From assembly GCF_001677475.2 (NCBI RefSeq), contig NZ_CP015229.1: 64,000 nt of DNA; one strand, given 5' to 3'. The DNA is from Escherichia coli. GTDB lineage: Bacteria > Pseudomonadota > Gammaproteobacteria > Enterobacterales > Enterobacteriaceae. The notes beneath the pieces were generated by a model, which was given only the letters and a program-made list of their open reading frames with translations, did no database searches and was not told where the DNA came from. Shown in pieces: positions 12,655-30,533 of the stretch (the first letter of the stretch is position 1; the number at the start of each line of letters is the position of its first letter). The position numbers were made by a program, and so were the translations under genes.

Positions 12655-14976
12655 ATGAAAAAATTAACCATTGGCTTAATTGGTAATCCAAATTCTGGCA
12701 AGACAACCTTATTTAACCAGCTCACTGGTGCACGTCAGCGTGTAGGTAACTGGGCTGGTGTTACCGTCGAACGTAAAGAAGGGCAATTCTCCACCACCGA
12801 TCATCAGGTCACGCTGGTGGACCTGCCCGGCACCTATTCTCTGACCACCATCTCATCGCAGACCTCGCTCGATGAGCAAATCGCCTGTCACTATATTCTG
12901 AGTGGCGACGCCGACCTGCTGATTAACGTGGTGGATGCGTCTAACCTTGAGCGTAACCTGTACCTGACGCTGCAACTGCTGGAACTCGGCATTCCCTGCA
13001 TCGTGGCACTGAACATGCTCGACATTGCCGAGAAGCAAAATATTCGTATTGAAATTGATGCTCTGTCGGCGCGTCTTGGCTGCCCGGTGATCCCGCTGGT
13101 TTCAACCCGTGGTCGCGGTATTGAAGCGCTCAAGCTGGCGATTGATCGCTATAAAGCTAACGAGAATGTGGAACTGGTGCATTACGCACAGCCGCTACTC
13201 AACGAAGCAGATTCACTGGCAAAAGTGATGCCTTCCGACATCCCGCTGAAACAACGTCGCTGGCTGGGCCTGCAAATGCTGGAAGGCGATATCTACAGCC
13301 GCGCCTACGCCGGTGAAGCGTCGCAGCATCTGGATGCCGCCCTCGCCCGTCTGCGTAATGAGATGGACGATCCGGCGCTGCACATTGCCGATGCGCGTTA
13401 CCAGTGCATTGCTGCCATCTGTGATGTGGTAAGCAACACCCTGACGGCAGAACCCAGCCGTTTCACCACTGCGGTAGATAAAATCGTGCTCAACCGTTTC
13501 CTCGGTCTGCCGATTTTCCTCTTTGTGATGTACCTGATGTTCCTGCTGGCTATCAACATCGGCGGGGCGTTACAGCCGCTGTTTGATGTCGGTTCCGTGG
13601 CGCTGTTTGTGCATGGTATTCAGTGGATTGGCTACACGCTCCACTTCCCGGACTGGCTGACTATCTTCCTCGCCCAGGGCCTGGGCGGCGGTATTAACAC
13701 CGTGCTGCCACTGGTGCCGCAGATCGGCATGATGTACCTGTTCCTCTCCTTCCTTGAGGACTCCGGCTATATGGCGCGTGCGGCGTTTGTGATGGACCGT
13801 CTGATGCAGGCGCTGGGCTTGCCGGGGAAATCCTTTGTACCGCTGATCGTTGGTTTCGGTTGTAACGTACCGTCGGTAATGGGCGCACGTACGCTTGATG
13901 CACCGCGTGAACGTCTGATGACCATCATGATGGCACCGTTTATGTCCTGCGGCGCGCGTCTGGCTATCTTCGCAGTATTTGCGGCTGCCTTCTTCGGGCA
14001 GAACGGTGCGCTGGCGGTCTTCTCGCTGTATATGCTCGGTATTGTGATGGCGGTGCTGACTGGCCTGATGCTCAAGTACACCATCATGCGCGGTGAAGCG
14101 ACGCCGTTTGTCATGGAGCTGCCGGTCTACCATGTACCACACGTTAAAAGCCTGATTATCCAGACCTGGCAGCGTCTGAAAGGCTTCGTTCTGCGTGCTG
14201 GTAAAGTGATTATCATCGTCAGCATTTTCCTGAGTGCTTTCAACAGCTTCTCTCTGAGCGGGAAAATCGTCGATAACATCAACGACTCGGCGCTGGCTTC
14301 CGTCAGCCGGGTGATCACCCCAGTCTTCAAGCCGATTGGCGTGCATGAAGATAACTGGCAGGCAACGGTTGGCCTGTTTACAGGCGCAATGGCGAAAGAA
14401 GTGGTGGTGGGTACGCTCAACACCCTCTACACCGCAGAAAATATTCAGGACGAAGAGTTCAATCCGGCGGAATTTAACCTCGGTGAAGAGCTGTTCAGTG
14501 CGGTAGATGAAACCTGGCAGAGCCTGAAAGACACCTTCAGCCTTAGCGTACTGATGAACCCGATTGAAGCGAGCAAAGGCGACGGCGAAATGGGTACCGG
14601 GGCGATGGGCGTGATGGATCAGAAATTCGGTAGCGCAGCTGCCGCATACAGCTACCTGATTTTCGTCCTGCTGTATGTACCGTGCATCTCGGTGATGGGT
14701 GCTATCGCCCGTGAATCAAGCCGTGGCTGGATGGGCTTCTCCATCCTGTGGGGGCTGAATATCGCTTACTCGCTGGCAACATTGTTCTATCAGGTCGCCA
14801 GCTACAGCCAGCATCCAACTTACAGCCTGGTGTGCATTCTGGCGGTTATCCTGTTTAACATCGTGGTTATCGGTTTGCTGCGTCGCGCGCGTAGCCGGGT
14901 GGATATCGAACTGCTGGCAACGCGCAAATCGGTAAGCAGTTGCTGCGCAGCCAGCACCACCGGTGATTGCCATTAA
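12655..14976 (+). CDS. feoB: Ferrous iron transporter FeoB (N-terminal G-protein domain plus polytopic permease)
   Basis: Track ORF 12643..14976; start at [21 protein letters not shown] (P-loop), 773 aa. Confidence 0.96.
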   Translation: MKKLTIGLIGNPNSGKTTLFNQLTGARQRVGNWAGVTVERKEGQFSTTDHQVTLVDLPGTYSLTTISSQTSLDEQIACHYILSGDADLLINVVDASNLERNLYLTLQLLELGIPCIVALNMLDIAEKQNIRIEIDALSARLGCPVIPLVSTRGRGIEALKLAIDRYKANENVELVHYAQPLLNEADSLAKVMPSDIPLKQRRWLGLQMLEGDIYSRAYAGEASQHLDAALARLRNEMDDPALHIADARYQCIAAICDVVSNTLTAEPSRFTTAVDKIVLNRFLGLPIFLFVMYLMFLLAINIGGALQPLFDVGSVALFVHGIQWIGYTLHFPDWLTIFLAQGLGGGINTVLPLVPQIGMMYLFLSFLEDSGYMARAAFVMDRLMQALGLPGKSFVPLIVGFGCNVPSVMGARTLDAPRERLMTIMMAPFMSCGARLAIFAVFAAAFFGQNGALAVFSLYMLGIVMAVLTGLMLKYTIMRGEATPFVMELPVYHVPHVKSLIIQTWQRLKGFVLRAGKVIIIVSIFLSAFNSFSLSGKIVDNINDSALASVSRVITPVFKPIGVHEDNWQATVGLFTGAMAKEVVVGTLNTLYTAENIQDEEFNPAEFNLGEELFSAVDETWQSLKDTFSLSVLMNPIEASKGDGEMGTGAMGVMDQKFGSAAAAYSYLIFVLLYVPCISVMGAIARESSRGWMGFSILWGLNIAYSLATLFYQVASYSQHPTYSLVCILAVILFNIVVIGLLRRARSRVDIELLATRKSVSSCCAASTTGDCH

Positions 14977-15212
14977 TGGCTTCACTTATTCAGGTGCGCG
15001 ATTTGCTGGCGTTACGGGGCCGTATGGAAGCGGCCCAGATAAGCCAGACATTGAACACTCCGCAGCCAATGATTAACGCCATGCTGCAACAGCTGGAAAG
15101 CATGGGCAAAGCCGTGCGGATTCAGGAAGAACCTGACGGCTGCCTCTCTGGCAGTTGTAAAAGCTGTCCGGAAGGCAAAGTCTGTCTGCGCGAGTGGTGG
15201 GCGCTGCGTTAA
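14976..15212 (+). CDS. feoC: FeoC (YhgG), small winged-helix protein with Cys cluster
   Basis: Track ORF 14967..15212; start [11 protein letters not shown] overlapping the feoB stop; CxxGxCKxCPxGxxC motif. Confidence 0.9.
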   Translation: MASLIQVRDLLALRGRMEAAQISQTLNTPQPMINAMLQQLESMGKAVRIQEEPDGCLSGSCKSCPEGKVCLREWWALR

Positions 15213-15234
15213 CCATACTCCATCGCCTGTTTTG

Positions 15235-15269
15235 AAAAGCCCGGTATGCGTTTGCATCCGGGCTTTTTT
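15235..15269 (+). terminator. Rho-independent terminator after feoC
   Basis: AAAAGCCCGG ... CCGGGCTTTT inverted repeat followed by T-run. Confidence 0.7.
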
Positions 15270-15414
15270 GCGTGCAGATTTCCATAAAAATGCAACTCTT
15301 GCAGCACGGCGTAAGTTCCTCTGAAAGCGTCTCGCAGGGATGAAAACTGGCTAATGCACAGGTGTGGAGTGGCGCGTAGAGTCGCGGCATTCAAATAACA
15401 GGTGAAGGAACGCC

Positions 15415-16308
15415 ATGAGCAAAAAGCAGAGTTCCACCCCACACGATGCGCTGTTCAAACTCTTTTTACGCCAACCGGAGACGGCACGCGATTTTCTTGC
15501 GTTTCATTTACCGGCACCCATTCACGCGCTCTGTGATATGAAAACCCTCAAGCTGGAGTCGAGCAGCTTTATTGATGACGATCTGCGTGAAAGCTATTCC
15601 GACGTGCTGTGGTCGGTGAAAACGGAACAAGGACCAGGATATATCTATTGTCTGATTGAACATCAAAGCACCTCAAACAAACTGATCGCATTTCGCATGA
15701 TGCGTTACGCCATTGCCGCAATGCAAAATCACCTTGATGCCGGATACAAAACGTTGCCGATGGTGGTGCCATTGTTGTTTTACCACGGTATTGAAAGCCC
15801 CTATCCCTATTCGCTGTGTTGGCTGGATTGTTTTGCCGATCCCAACCTGGCAAGGCAGCTTTATGCCTCTGCATTTCCGCTGATTGATGTCACCGTCATG
15901 CCTGATGATGAAATCATGCAGCACCGACGCATGGCGCTGCTGGAGTTAATTCAAAAACATATCCGTCAACGCGATCTGATGGGGCTGGTAGAGCAAATGG
16001 CCTGCTTATTAAGTAGTGGATACGCTAATGACAGACAAATCAAAGGGCTGTTTAATTACATCTTGCAAACCGGCGATGCGGTACGTTTTAACGATTTTAT
16101 CGACGGCGTTGCCGAACGTTCACCGAAACACAAGGAGAGTTTAATGACTATTGCGGAAAGATTGCGGCAGGAAGGGTTTCAGAAAGGTATACGTACCAAC
16201 GCCCTAAATATTGCCAAAACCATGCTGGATGCCGGAGTCTCTCTTGAGGACGTTCTGCGATTTACCAGCCTGACGGTTGAAGACCTTGCTGAAATAAATC
16301 ATCAATAA
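15415..16308 (+). CDS. rpnA: RpnA (YhgA), Rpn-family PD-(D/E)XK recombination-promoting nuclease
   Basis: 297-aa ORF; family recognised from sequence and position between feoC and bioH. Confidence 0.88.
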   Translation: MSKKQSSTPHDALFKLFLRQPETARDFLAFHLPAPIHALCDMKTLKLESSSFIDDDLRESYSDVLWSVKTEQGPGYIYCLIEHQSTSNKLIAFRMMRYAIAAMQNHLDAGYKTLPMVVPLLFYHGIESPYPYSLCWLDCFADPNLARQLYASAFPLIDVTVMPDDEIMQHRRMALLELIQKHIRQRDLMGLVEQMACLLSSGYANDRQIKGLFNYILQTGDAVRFNDFIDGVAERSPKHKESLMTIAERLRQEGFQKGIRTNALNIAKTMLDAGVSLEDVLRFTSLTVEDLAEINHQ

Positions 16309-16325
16309 CGTAAAGGATGGTTTTA

Positions 16326-16499
16326 ATGACAGATGCAGAAAGAGAATATCTTATTAGTTACCTGATTGGTTATTTATTGGGTCGACGCCTGGAAGCCCTG
16401 GATATCGCCAAAAGAATGCTGTAATCCTGAGTCCCTCTTGCGGACATCATGCGTTTTACCGGGGTGTCAGAAGAAGAGTTGGCTGCGGCGAGTCAGTAA
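16326..16499 (+). pseudogene. Degenerate duplicate of the Rpn C-terminal tail: intact 32-codon ORF with its own Shine-Dalgarno, then stop and frame change
   Basis: ATG 16326 preceded by AAGGA (16313-16317) encodes MTDAEREYLISYLIGYLLGRRLEALDIAKRML-stop; the next frame encodes VPLADIMRFTGVSEEELAAASQ-stop; together these parallel the last ~54 aa of RpnA ([12 protein letters not shown]...[34 protein letters not shown]). Confidence 0.5.
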
Positions 16500-16527
16500 A
16501 GTTCTGTCTCGCCATTTCAAAAGCTGT

Positions 16528-17316
<789 letters not shown>

Positions 17317-17317
17317 C

Positions 17318-18019
<702 letters not shown>

Positions 18020-18077
18020 AGCCTCGATGATGGGCGTATTATAACCAACTAAAATAGTCAACTATTAGGCCATTACT

Positions 18078-18653
18078 ATGATCCGTATTTCCGATGCTGC
18101 ACAAGCGCACTTTGCCAAACTGCTGGCAAATCAGGAAGAAGGGACACAAATCCGCGTATTTGTGATTAACCCTGGCACGCCTAACGCTGAATGTGGCGTT
18201 TCTTATTGTCCGCCGGACGCTGTAGAAGCCACCGACACTGCCCTGAAATTTGACCTGCTGACCGCGTATGTTGATGAGTTAAGCGCTCCTTACCTGGAAG
18301 ATGCAGAGATCGACTTTGTTACAGACCAGTTGGGTTCCCAGTTAACGCTGAAAGCGCCTAACGCCAAAATGCGTAAAGTTGCAGACGATGCACCGCTGAT
18401 GGAGCGCGTGGAGTATATGCTGCAATCGCAGATCAACCCACAGCTTGCTGGTCACGGTGGTCGCGTGTCGCTGATGGAAATCACCGAAGACGGTTACGCC
18501 ATTCTGCAATTTGGCGGCGGCTGTAACGGTTGTTCCATGGTCGATGTGACGCTGAAAGAAGGGATCGAGAAGCAGCTGCTGAACGAATTCCCGGAGCTGA
18601 AAGGTGTGCGCGATCTCACCGAACACCAGCGCGGCGAACACTCCTACTACTAA
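18078..18653 (+). CDS. nfuA: Fe-S cluster carrier NfuA
   Basis: 191-aa ORF; C-terminal Nfu domain with CNGC motif. Confidence 0.95.
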
Positions 18654-18712
<59 letters not shown>

Positions 18713-18836
18713 TTGAACATGTGCCAGACGTTGGCGCAGCATTGCTTGGCAAATCCCTCCCTTCGTTTCCCCGCGATAATATGACCAACCTCTCATAATT
18801 TAAATTTACCCCGCTCTGGTGATTCTCAAACGCCAG

Positions 18837-18852
18837 ATGTTACCCGTATCAT
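18837..18852 (+). promoter_or_regulatory. GntR operator-like site 1 upstream of gntT
   Basis: ATGTTACCCGTATCAT (ATGTTA-N4-TAtCAT). Confidence 0.6.
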
Positions 18853-18977
18853 TCACATGGGTACCAAACATACTCCTGACATCTGACTACAATAATTAGT
18901 TTTAGTGGGTATCAGTCGTGGTGCCGCAATATCTCTGTTCCCGATTGGGATAATTAGAGTTTGTCGTCAGAAAATTG

Positions 18978-18995
18978 ACGTTACCCATAACAAAT
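18978..18995 (+). promoter_or_regulatory. GntR operator-like site 2 upstream of gntT
   Basis: ACGTTACCCATAACAAAT, same half-site pattern as site 1. Confidence 0.55.
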
Positions 18996-19012
18996 GAAAG
19001 GCCAGGTAAATC

Positions 19013-20329
19013 ATGCCATTAGTCATTGTTGCTATCGGTGTAATCTTGTTGTTGCTCCTGATGATCCGTTTCAAAATGAACGGCTTCATCGCTCTCGTCC
19101 TCGTGGCGCTTGCTGTTGGATTAATGCAAGGAATGCCGCTGGATAAAGTTATTGGCTCCATCAAAGCCGGTGTCGGCGGGACGCTCGGTAGCCTTGCCCT
19201 GATCATGGGTTTTGGCGCGATGCTGGGCAAAATGCTGGCAGACTGCGGTGGCGCACAACGTATCGCCACCACGCTGATTGCCAAATTTGGTAAAAAACAC
19301 ATCCAGTGGGCGGTGGTACTGACCGGTTTTACCGTTGGTTTTGCCCTGTTCTATGAAGTGGGTTTCGTGCTGATGCTGCCGCTGGTGTTTACCATCGCGG
19401 CTTCCGCGAATATTCCACTGCTGTATGTTGGTGTACCAATGGCGGCTGCACTGTCTGTGACCCACGGCTTCCTGCCACCGCATCCGGGTCCGACTGCGAT
19501 TGCCACCATTTTCAATGCCGATATGGGTAAAACTCTGCTGTACGGTACTATTCTGGCAATCCCGACCGTGATTCTCGCCGGTCCGGTTTACGCTCGCGTG
19601 TTGAAAGGTATCGATAAGCCGATCCCGGAAGGTCTGTACAGCGCGAAAACCTTCAGCGAAGAAGAGATGCCGAGCTTTGGCGTCAGCGTCTGGACCTCTC
19701 TGGTGCCGGTAGTGCTGATGGCGATGCGTGCGATTGCCGAAATGATCCTGCCGAAAGGTCACGCTTTCCTGCCGGTGGCAGAGTTCCTCGGTGACCCGGT
19801 AATGGCTACGCTGATTGCCGTACTGATTGCGATGTTCACCTTTGGTCTGAACCGTGGTCGTTCAATGGACCAGATTAACGACACGCTGGTTTCTTCGATC
19901 AAAATTATTGCGATGATGCTGTTGATTATCGGTGGTGGCGGTGCGTTCAAGCAGGTGCTGGTAGACAGCGGCGTGGACAAATACATTGCTTCCATGATGC
20001 ACGAAACCAACATTTCTCCGCTGCTGATGGCCTGGTCGATTGCTGCCGTACTGCGTATCGCGCTGGGTTCCGCAACCGTTGCGGCAATCACTGCGGGTGG
20101 TATCGCGGCACCGCTGATTGCAACGACGGGTGTTAGCCCGGAGCTGATGGTTATTGCGGTTGGTTCCGGTAGTGTGATTTTCTCTCACGTGAACGATCCG
20201 GGCTTCTGGCTGTTCAAAGAGTACTTTAACCTGACTATCGGCGAGACCATCAAATCCTGGTCGATGCTGGAAACCATTATCTCGGTGTGCGGTCTGGTAG
20301 GCTGTCTGCTGCTGAATATGGTGATTTGA
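19013..20329 (+). CDS. gntT: High-affinity gluconate transporter GntT (GntP family)
   Basis: 438-aa polytopic ORF downstream of two GntR operator-like sites. Confidence 0.95.
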   Translation: MPLVIVAIGVILLLLLMIRFKMNGFIALVLVALAVGLMQGMPLDKVIGSIKAGVGGTLGSLALIMGFGAMLGKMLADCGGAQRIATTLIAKFGKKHIQWAVVLTGFTVGFALFYEVGFVLMLPLVFTIAASANIPLLYVGVPMAAALSVTHGFLPPHPGPTAIATIFNADMGKTLLYGTILAIPTVILAGPVYARVLKGIDKPIPEGLYSAKTFSEEEMPSFGVSVWTSLVPVVLMAMRAIAEMILPKGHAFLPVAEFLGDPVMATLIAVLIAMFTFGLNRGRSMDQINDTLVSSIKIIAMMLLIIGGGGAFKQVLVDSGVDKYIASMMHETNISPLLMAWSIAAVLRIALGSATVAAITAGGIAAPLIATTGVSPELMVIAVGSGSVIFSHVNDPGFWLFKEYFNLTIGETIKSWSMLETIISVCGLVGCLLLNMVI

Positions 20330-20340
20330 TAACACTGACT

Positions 20341-20361
20341 GCCGGATGCATCGCATCCGGC
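20341..20361. terminator. Hairpin between convergent gntT and malQ (terminator or REP-like)
   Basis: GCCGGATGCATCGCATCCGGC perfect inverted repeat; no clear U-tract. Confidence 0.45.
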
Positions 20362-20376
20362 ATCAACCGCACCCTA

Positions 20377-22458
20377 CTACTTCTTCGCTGCCGCTCTGCG
20401 CCGTCTGTCCAAATCCTTCAGCAACTTGTTCACGCCATCATCGGCAAACATCGCCTCAAGCGTTGCGGAGAGCTTGCGCCGCCAGTTTTTATACTGGTAA
20501 CTGGTGCCGGGAATATTTACCGGTTCGGCCATATCCAGCCAGTCTTCCGGCTGTAGTCCTAACAGAGCACTGTTACTGTCGGCAATGTAGCGCTGCAAAC
20601 CACGGTTCAGCGTCGGCGTCATCGACATCAACGATGCCTTATGCCCGGCACGTTTTGGCAGACAACCATATTTATGCAGTGCATCCAGCAGCCCTTGCTT
20701 CGCCAGTTCGCGATCCTGATACAGACCGCGCAGTACCACTTCATCCGGATACAGGCCCAGAGTTTTGCCCAGCGTTAGATCCCCGCTCTCCCAGTAACCG
20801 CGTAGCGTAGGCAGGTCATGTGTCGCCGCAACCGCCATCGACTGCTCCGGATACGCTTTCGGTGCACGGAACGTCTTCTCGTGGTCGTTTTCGAAATAGA
20901 GCACTTTGTAGGAGTACACACCGCTGCTGCGCAGCTTACCGACAATCTCTACCGGTACGGTACCGAGATCTTCACCAATCACCATGCAGCGATGACGTTT
21001 ACTTTCGAGTGCCAGAATCGAGAGCAGATCATCCACCGGATAGTGTACATACGCGCCCTGATCTGCCGTCTCGCCATACGGTATCCACCACAAACGCAGC
21101 ATCGACATCACATGGTCAATTCGTAATGCGCCGCAGTTTTGCATATTGGCACGCAACAGCTCGATAAACGGTTCATAGGCACGCGCGGTGATGATATGCG
21201 GGTCCATTGGCGGCAATCCCCAGTTCTGCCCCAACGGGCCGAGGATATCCGGCGGTGCGCCAACCGACGCTTTCAGGCAATACAACTCCCGGTCGCACCA
21301 GGTTTCTGCTCCACCCTCTGCTACACCAACGGCCAGGTCACGATACAAGCCAATCGGCATTTCATAGCCCTGGCTTATCTCCCAGCAGTCGGCAAACTGG
21401 CTGTAAGCCAGCCACTGCAACCAGAGATAAAAATCGACGTCATCACGATGTTCTTCGCAGAACTGGCGCACTTCTGGTGAATCCACGTTCTGATACATCT
21501 CTGGCCATGCAGGCCAGCCCCAGCGCATTTCGTCCTCTTTCACTTGCTGGGCATGTAGTGCGTCAAACGCCGCCTGCCAGAACAGGCTGTCGCCTTGCTC
21601 TGCAACAAACTGGCGAAACGCGGCCATCTGTTCATCATCACGTTGCGCGAAACCTTTCCACGCCATTCGTAATGCTGTCATTTTTAGGGCGGTAACCGTG
21701 GAGTAATCGACCCAGTCGGCATCCCGCGCCTGTTGCAGCGTCTGTTGCGTGGTCGGCAACTTCCACCAGGCCTGAGCCTCTTCGCTAAGATGGAAATCTT
21801 CGACGGCGTTAACGTCGATATAAATCACATTCAGCCAACGGCGAGAAGACGGGCTGTATGGGCTGGCACTCTCCGGATTTGCCGGATAGAGCGCATGAAT
21901 CGGGTTCAGGCCGATGAACGACCCGCCACGTTTTGCCACATCCACCAGCATCGCTTTGAGATCGCCAAAATCCCCAATACCCCAGTTTTTTTCCGATCGC
22001 AGCGTATAAAGCTGAACGCAGGCACCCCACAGCTTTTGTTTATTCAGCAACGCCTGCGGTTCGTAACAGCGTTTCGGGGCGACAATCACCCGGCAATGCG
22101 CGCGCTGGTCGTCCTGGGTGAGTGTCAGCGTGTGATAACCTTCCGGCAGCTTCGTCGGTAGATTGAACGCTTTGCCCCCCGTTACATGGCCTTTGTACTG
22201 TGTTCCTTCTTCGGTGGTCAGCAGCCAGCTATATTCGCCGCTGCCCTCCACCACCATCGGCATTTTTTTGCCGCTGGTATAAACCATGACATTCGGGACT
22301 GGCGTTACCGCCACTTTCGTGGCGGTACGTTGATGCATCGCGTCAAGCAAACGCCGTTTGGTTTCGGCGCTAATCGACTGCGGTTTACCGTGGGCATTGA
22401 TGTAATTGGGGCTGATCCCCGCCGCCAGCGCGGCATTATCCAGACGTTTGCTTTCCAT
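20377..22458 (-). CDS. malQ: 4-alpha-glucanotransferase (amylomaltase)
   Basis: 693-aa ORF directly downstream of malP on the same strand. Confidence 0.96.
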   Translation of the reverse strand: MESKRLDNAALAAGISPNYINAHGKPQSISAETKRRLLDAMHQRTATKVAVTPVPNVMVYTSGKKMPMVVEGSGEYSWLLTTEEGTQYKGHVTGGKAFNLPTKLPEGYHTLTLTQDDQRAHCRVIVAPKRCYEPQALLNKQKLWGACVQLYTLRSEKNWGIGDFGDLKAMLVDVAKRGGSFIGLNPIHALYPANPESASPYSPSSRRWLNVIYIDVNAVEDFHLSEEAQAWWKLPTTQQTLQQARDADWVDYSTVTALKMTALRMAWKGFAQRDDEQMAAFRQFVAEQGDSLFWQAAFDALHAQQVKEDEMRWGWPAWPEMYQNVDSPEVRQFCEEHRDDVDFYLWLQWLAYSQFADCWEISQGYEMPIGLYRDLAVGVAEGGAETWCDRELYCLKASVGAPPDILGPLGQNWGLPPMDPHIITARAYEPFIELLRANMQNCGALRIDHVMSMLRLWWIPYGETADQGAYVHYPVDDLLSILALESKRHRCMVIGEDLGTVPVEIVGKLRSSGVYSYKVLYFENDHEKTFRAPKAYPEQSMAVAATHDLPTLRGYWESGDLTLGKTLGLYPDEVVLRGLYQDRELAKQGLLDALHKYGCLPKRAGHKASLMSMTPTLNRGLQRYIADSNSALLGLQPEDWLDMAEPVNIPGTSYQYKNWRRKLSATLEAMFADDGVNKLLKDLDRRRRAAAKK

Positions 22459-22467
22459 CGAGCTTCC

Positions 22468-24885
<2,418 letters not shown>

Positions 24886-24930
24886 TCAACACAACGTTAT
24901 CGCTAGTTTGCCAGGCTCGATGTTGACCTT

Positions 24931-24975
24931 CCTCATCCTGCGGGGGATTAGGCAGGGAGGAGTTGCGGGGATGAG
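24931..24975 (-). promoter_or_regulatory. MalT boxes of the malPQ promoter
   Basis: GGATGA hexamers: minus-strand GGATGAGG at 24931-24938 and plus-strand GGGGATGAG at 24967-24975, 70-115 bp upstream of the malP start. Confidence 0.5.
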
Positions 24976-25344
24976 CAAGGAAATGTGATCTCGACCACTT
25001 AAAGCTAGTGCAAACCACAGGATTAGCAGCAAATCAATGCCATACAGCGCAGAAAATCTGTATCTAAGTGCAAAAAATGGCCGTTGCGTATTTTCAAAAA
25101 GCGGAAGGTAACTCTATAAATTAAGTAAAGGAGTGAAACAGTTTCACAAGTAAAATATCCAGTGTGCTCCATCTTATTCTTAATAGATTTATTAAGATCA
25201 TCTTTTTAGATAGCACTTTCATCAGGAATGAAGAAGAAACCCTTGCTTAAATGAATCTGATGAACATAAGGGAAATACCGCACAACCCAGTATTCACGCT
25301 GTATTAGCGTCGTTTTAGGTGAGTTGTTAATAAAGATTTGGAAT

Positions 25345-25360
25345 TGTGACACAGTGCAAA
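25345..25360 (+). promoter_or_regulatory. Candidate CRP site upstream of malT
   Basis: TGTGAcacagtGCAAA (one good CRP half-site, degenerate second), about 130 bp upstream of malT ATG. Confidence 0.4.
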
Positions 25361-25477
25361 TTCAGACACATAAAAAAACGTCATCGCTTGCATTAGAAAG
25401 GTTTCTGGCCGACCTTATAACCATTAATTACGAAGCGCAAAAAAAATAATATTTCCTCATTTTCCACAGTGAAGTGA

Positions 25478-28189
<2,712 letters not shown>

Positions 28190-28193
28190 GTTT

Positions 28194-28219
28194 AGCCGGA
28201 TGATGCGTCGGATCCGGCT
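28194..28219. terminator. Hairpin between convergent malT and rtcA
   Basis: AGCCGGAT gatgcgtcgg ATCCGGCT inverted repeat. Confidence 0.5.
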
Positions 28220-28231
28220 TACATCTTTACA

Positions 28232-29251
<1,020 letters not shown>

Positions 29252-30478
29252 TTATCCTTTTACGCACACCACCTGACGCAGGGTGTAGATAACTTCCACC
29301 AGATCGCTTTGTGCCGCCATCACCGCATCAATATCTTTATACGCCATCGGGATTTCGTCGATCACTTCGGCATCTTTACGGCATTCCACATGCGCGGTGG
29401 CACGAATTTGATCTTCCACGCTGAACAGTTTTTTCGCTTTAGTACGGCTCATAACCCGCCCGGCACCGTGGCTGCACGAACAGAACGACTCTTCATTTCC
29501 CAGCCCACGGACGATAAAGCTTTTCGCTCCCATCGACCCTGGAATAATTCCATATTGACCAGCACGCGCAGACACCGCGCCTTTACGCGTCACGTAGATC
29601 TCTTCACCAAAGTGCTGTTCTTTTTGCACATAGTTGTGGTGACAGCTGATCTCTTCCATCGCCAGCGTTTGTGGCTGTCTGACCGTTTTCTGCGTAATGC
29701 TCTGCAACGCCGTAACCACGTTTTCCATCATCGCATCACGGTTAAGGCTGGCAAAAAGCTGCGCCCAGGCCACAGCTTTCAGGTAATCATCAAAGTATTC
29801 CGTGCCTTCCATAAAGTACGCCAGATCACGCGACGGCAACGTCTCAAGCGTTTCCTGCATCTCTTTTTGCGCCAGATCGATAAAGTAAGTCCCGATGGCG
29901 TTACCAATTCCGCGTGAACCGGAGTGCAACATAATCCACACCTGGTCCGACTCATCAAGGCAGATTTCAATAAAGTGGTTACCCGTTCCCAGCGTTCCCA
30001 GGTGTTTATAGTTGTTAGTGTTAAGGAAACGCGGATATTTTTGCGTTAACCACTGATAACCGGCTTCAAGCTCAGCCCATTTCGCATCGACGTTAACAGG
30101 CGGGTTTTCCCATGCGCCTTTATCACGTTTACAACGCCCGGTAGTACGCCCGTGCGGCACGGCAGTTTCAATGGCCTGACGCAGTTCCGCCAGGTTTTCC
30201 GGCAGATCTGCCGCCGTTAACGCGGTACGCAGTGCGTTCATTCCACAACCGATATCCACGCCCACCGCTGCAGGAATAATCGCCCCTTTGGTCGGGATCA
30301 CGCTACCAATGGTGGAACCTTTACCCAGGTGCACGTCAGGCATTACCGCAATATGTTTGAAAATAAACGGCATCTTCGCCGTATTAATAAGTTGCTGACG
30401 CGCATCGGCTTCTACCGGCACGCCTTTGGTCCACATTTTTACCGGGGCATTTTCAGTGGTCAGTAATTCGTAATTCAT
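29252..30478 (-). CDS. rtcB: RNA-splicing ligase RtcB
   Basis: 408-aa ORF; RtcB motifs (GTGNHFIEI, HNYV); sigma54 promoter upstream. Confidence 0.95.
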   Translation of the reverse strand: MNYELLTTENAPVKMWTKGVPVEADARQQLINTAKMPFIFKHIAVMPDVHLGKGSTIGSVIPTKGAIIPAAVGVDIGCGMNALRTALTAADLPENLAELRQAIETAVPHGRTTGRCKRDKGAWENPPVNVDAKWAELEAGYQWLTQKYPRFLNTNNYKHLGTLGTGNHFIEICLDESDQVWIMLHSGSRGIGNAIGTYFIDLAQKEMQETLETLPSRDLAYFMEGTEYFDDYLKAVAWAQLFASLNRDAMMENVVTALQSITQKTVRQPQTLAMEEISCHHNYVQKEQHFGEEIYVTRKGAVSARAGQYGIIPGSMGAKSFIVRGLGNEESFCSCSHGAGRVMSRTKAKKLFSVEDQIRATAHVECRKDAEVIDEIPMAYKDIDAVMAAQSDLVEVIYTLRQVVCVKG

Positions 30479-30515
30479 TTTGTTTTTCTCTTTTCATTGT
30501 TTGCTGTCCTGATAA

Positions 30516-30533
30516 TTGCAACCGTCGTGCCAG
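30516..30533 (-). promoter_or_regulatory. Sigma54 (-24/-12) promoter of rtcBA
   Basis: Minus strand reads CTGGCACgacggTTGCA, matching TGGCAC-N5-TTGCA, about 38 bp upstream of rtcB ATG and divergent from rtcR. Confidence 0.85.

Noticed and set aside
13570-14346. 258-aa minus-strand ORF inside feoB
   Set aside because: Antisense to feoB; His/Arg-rich artefactual translation.
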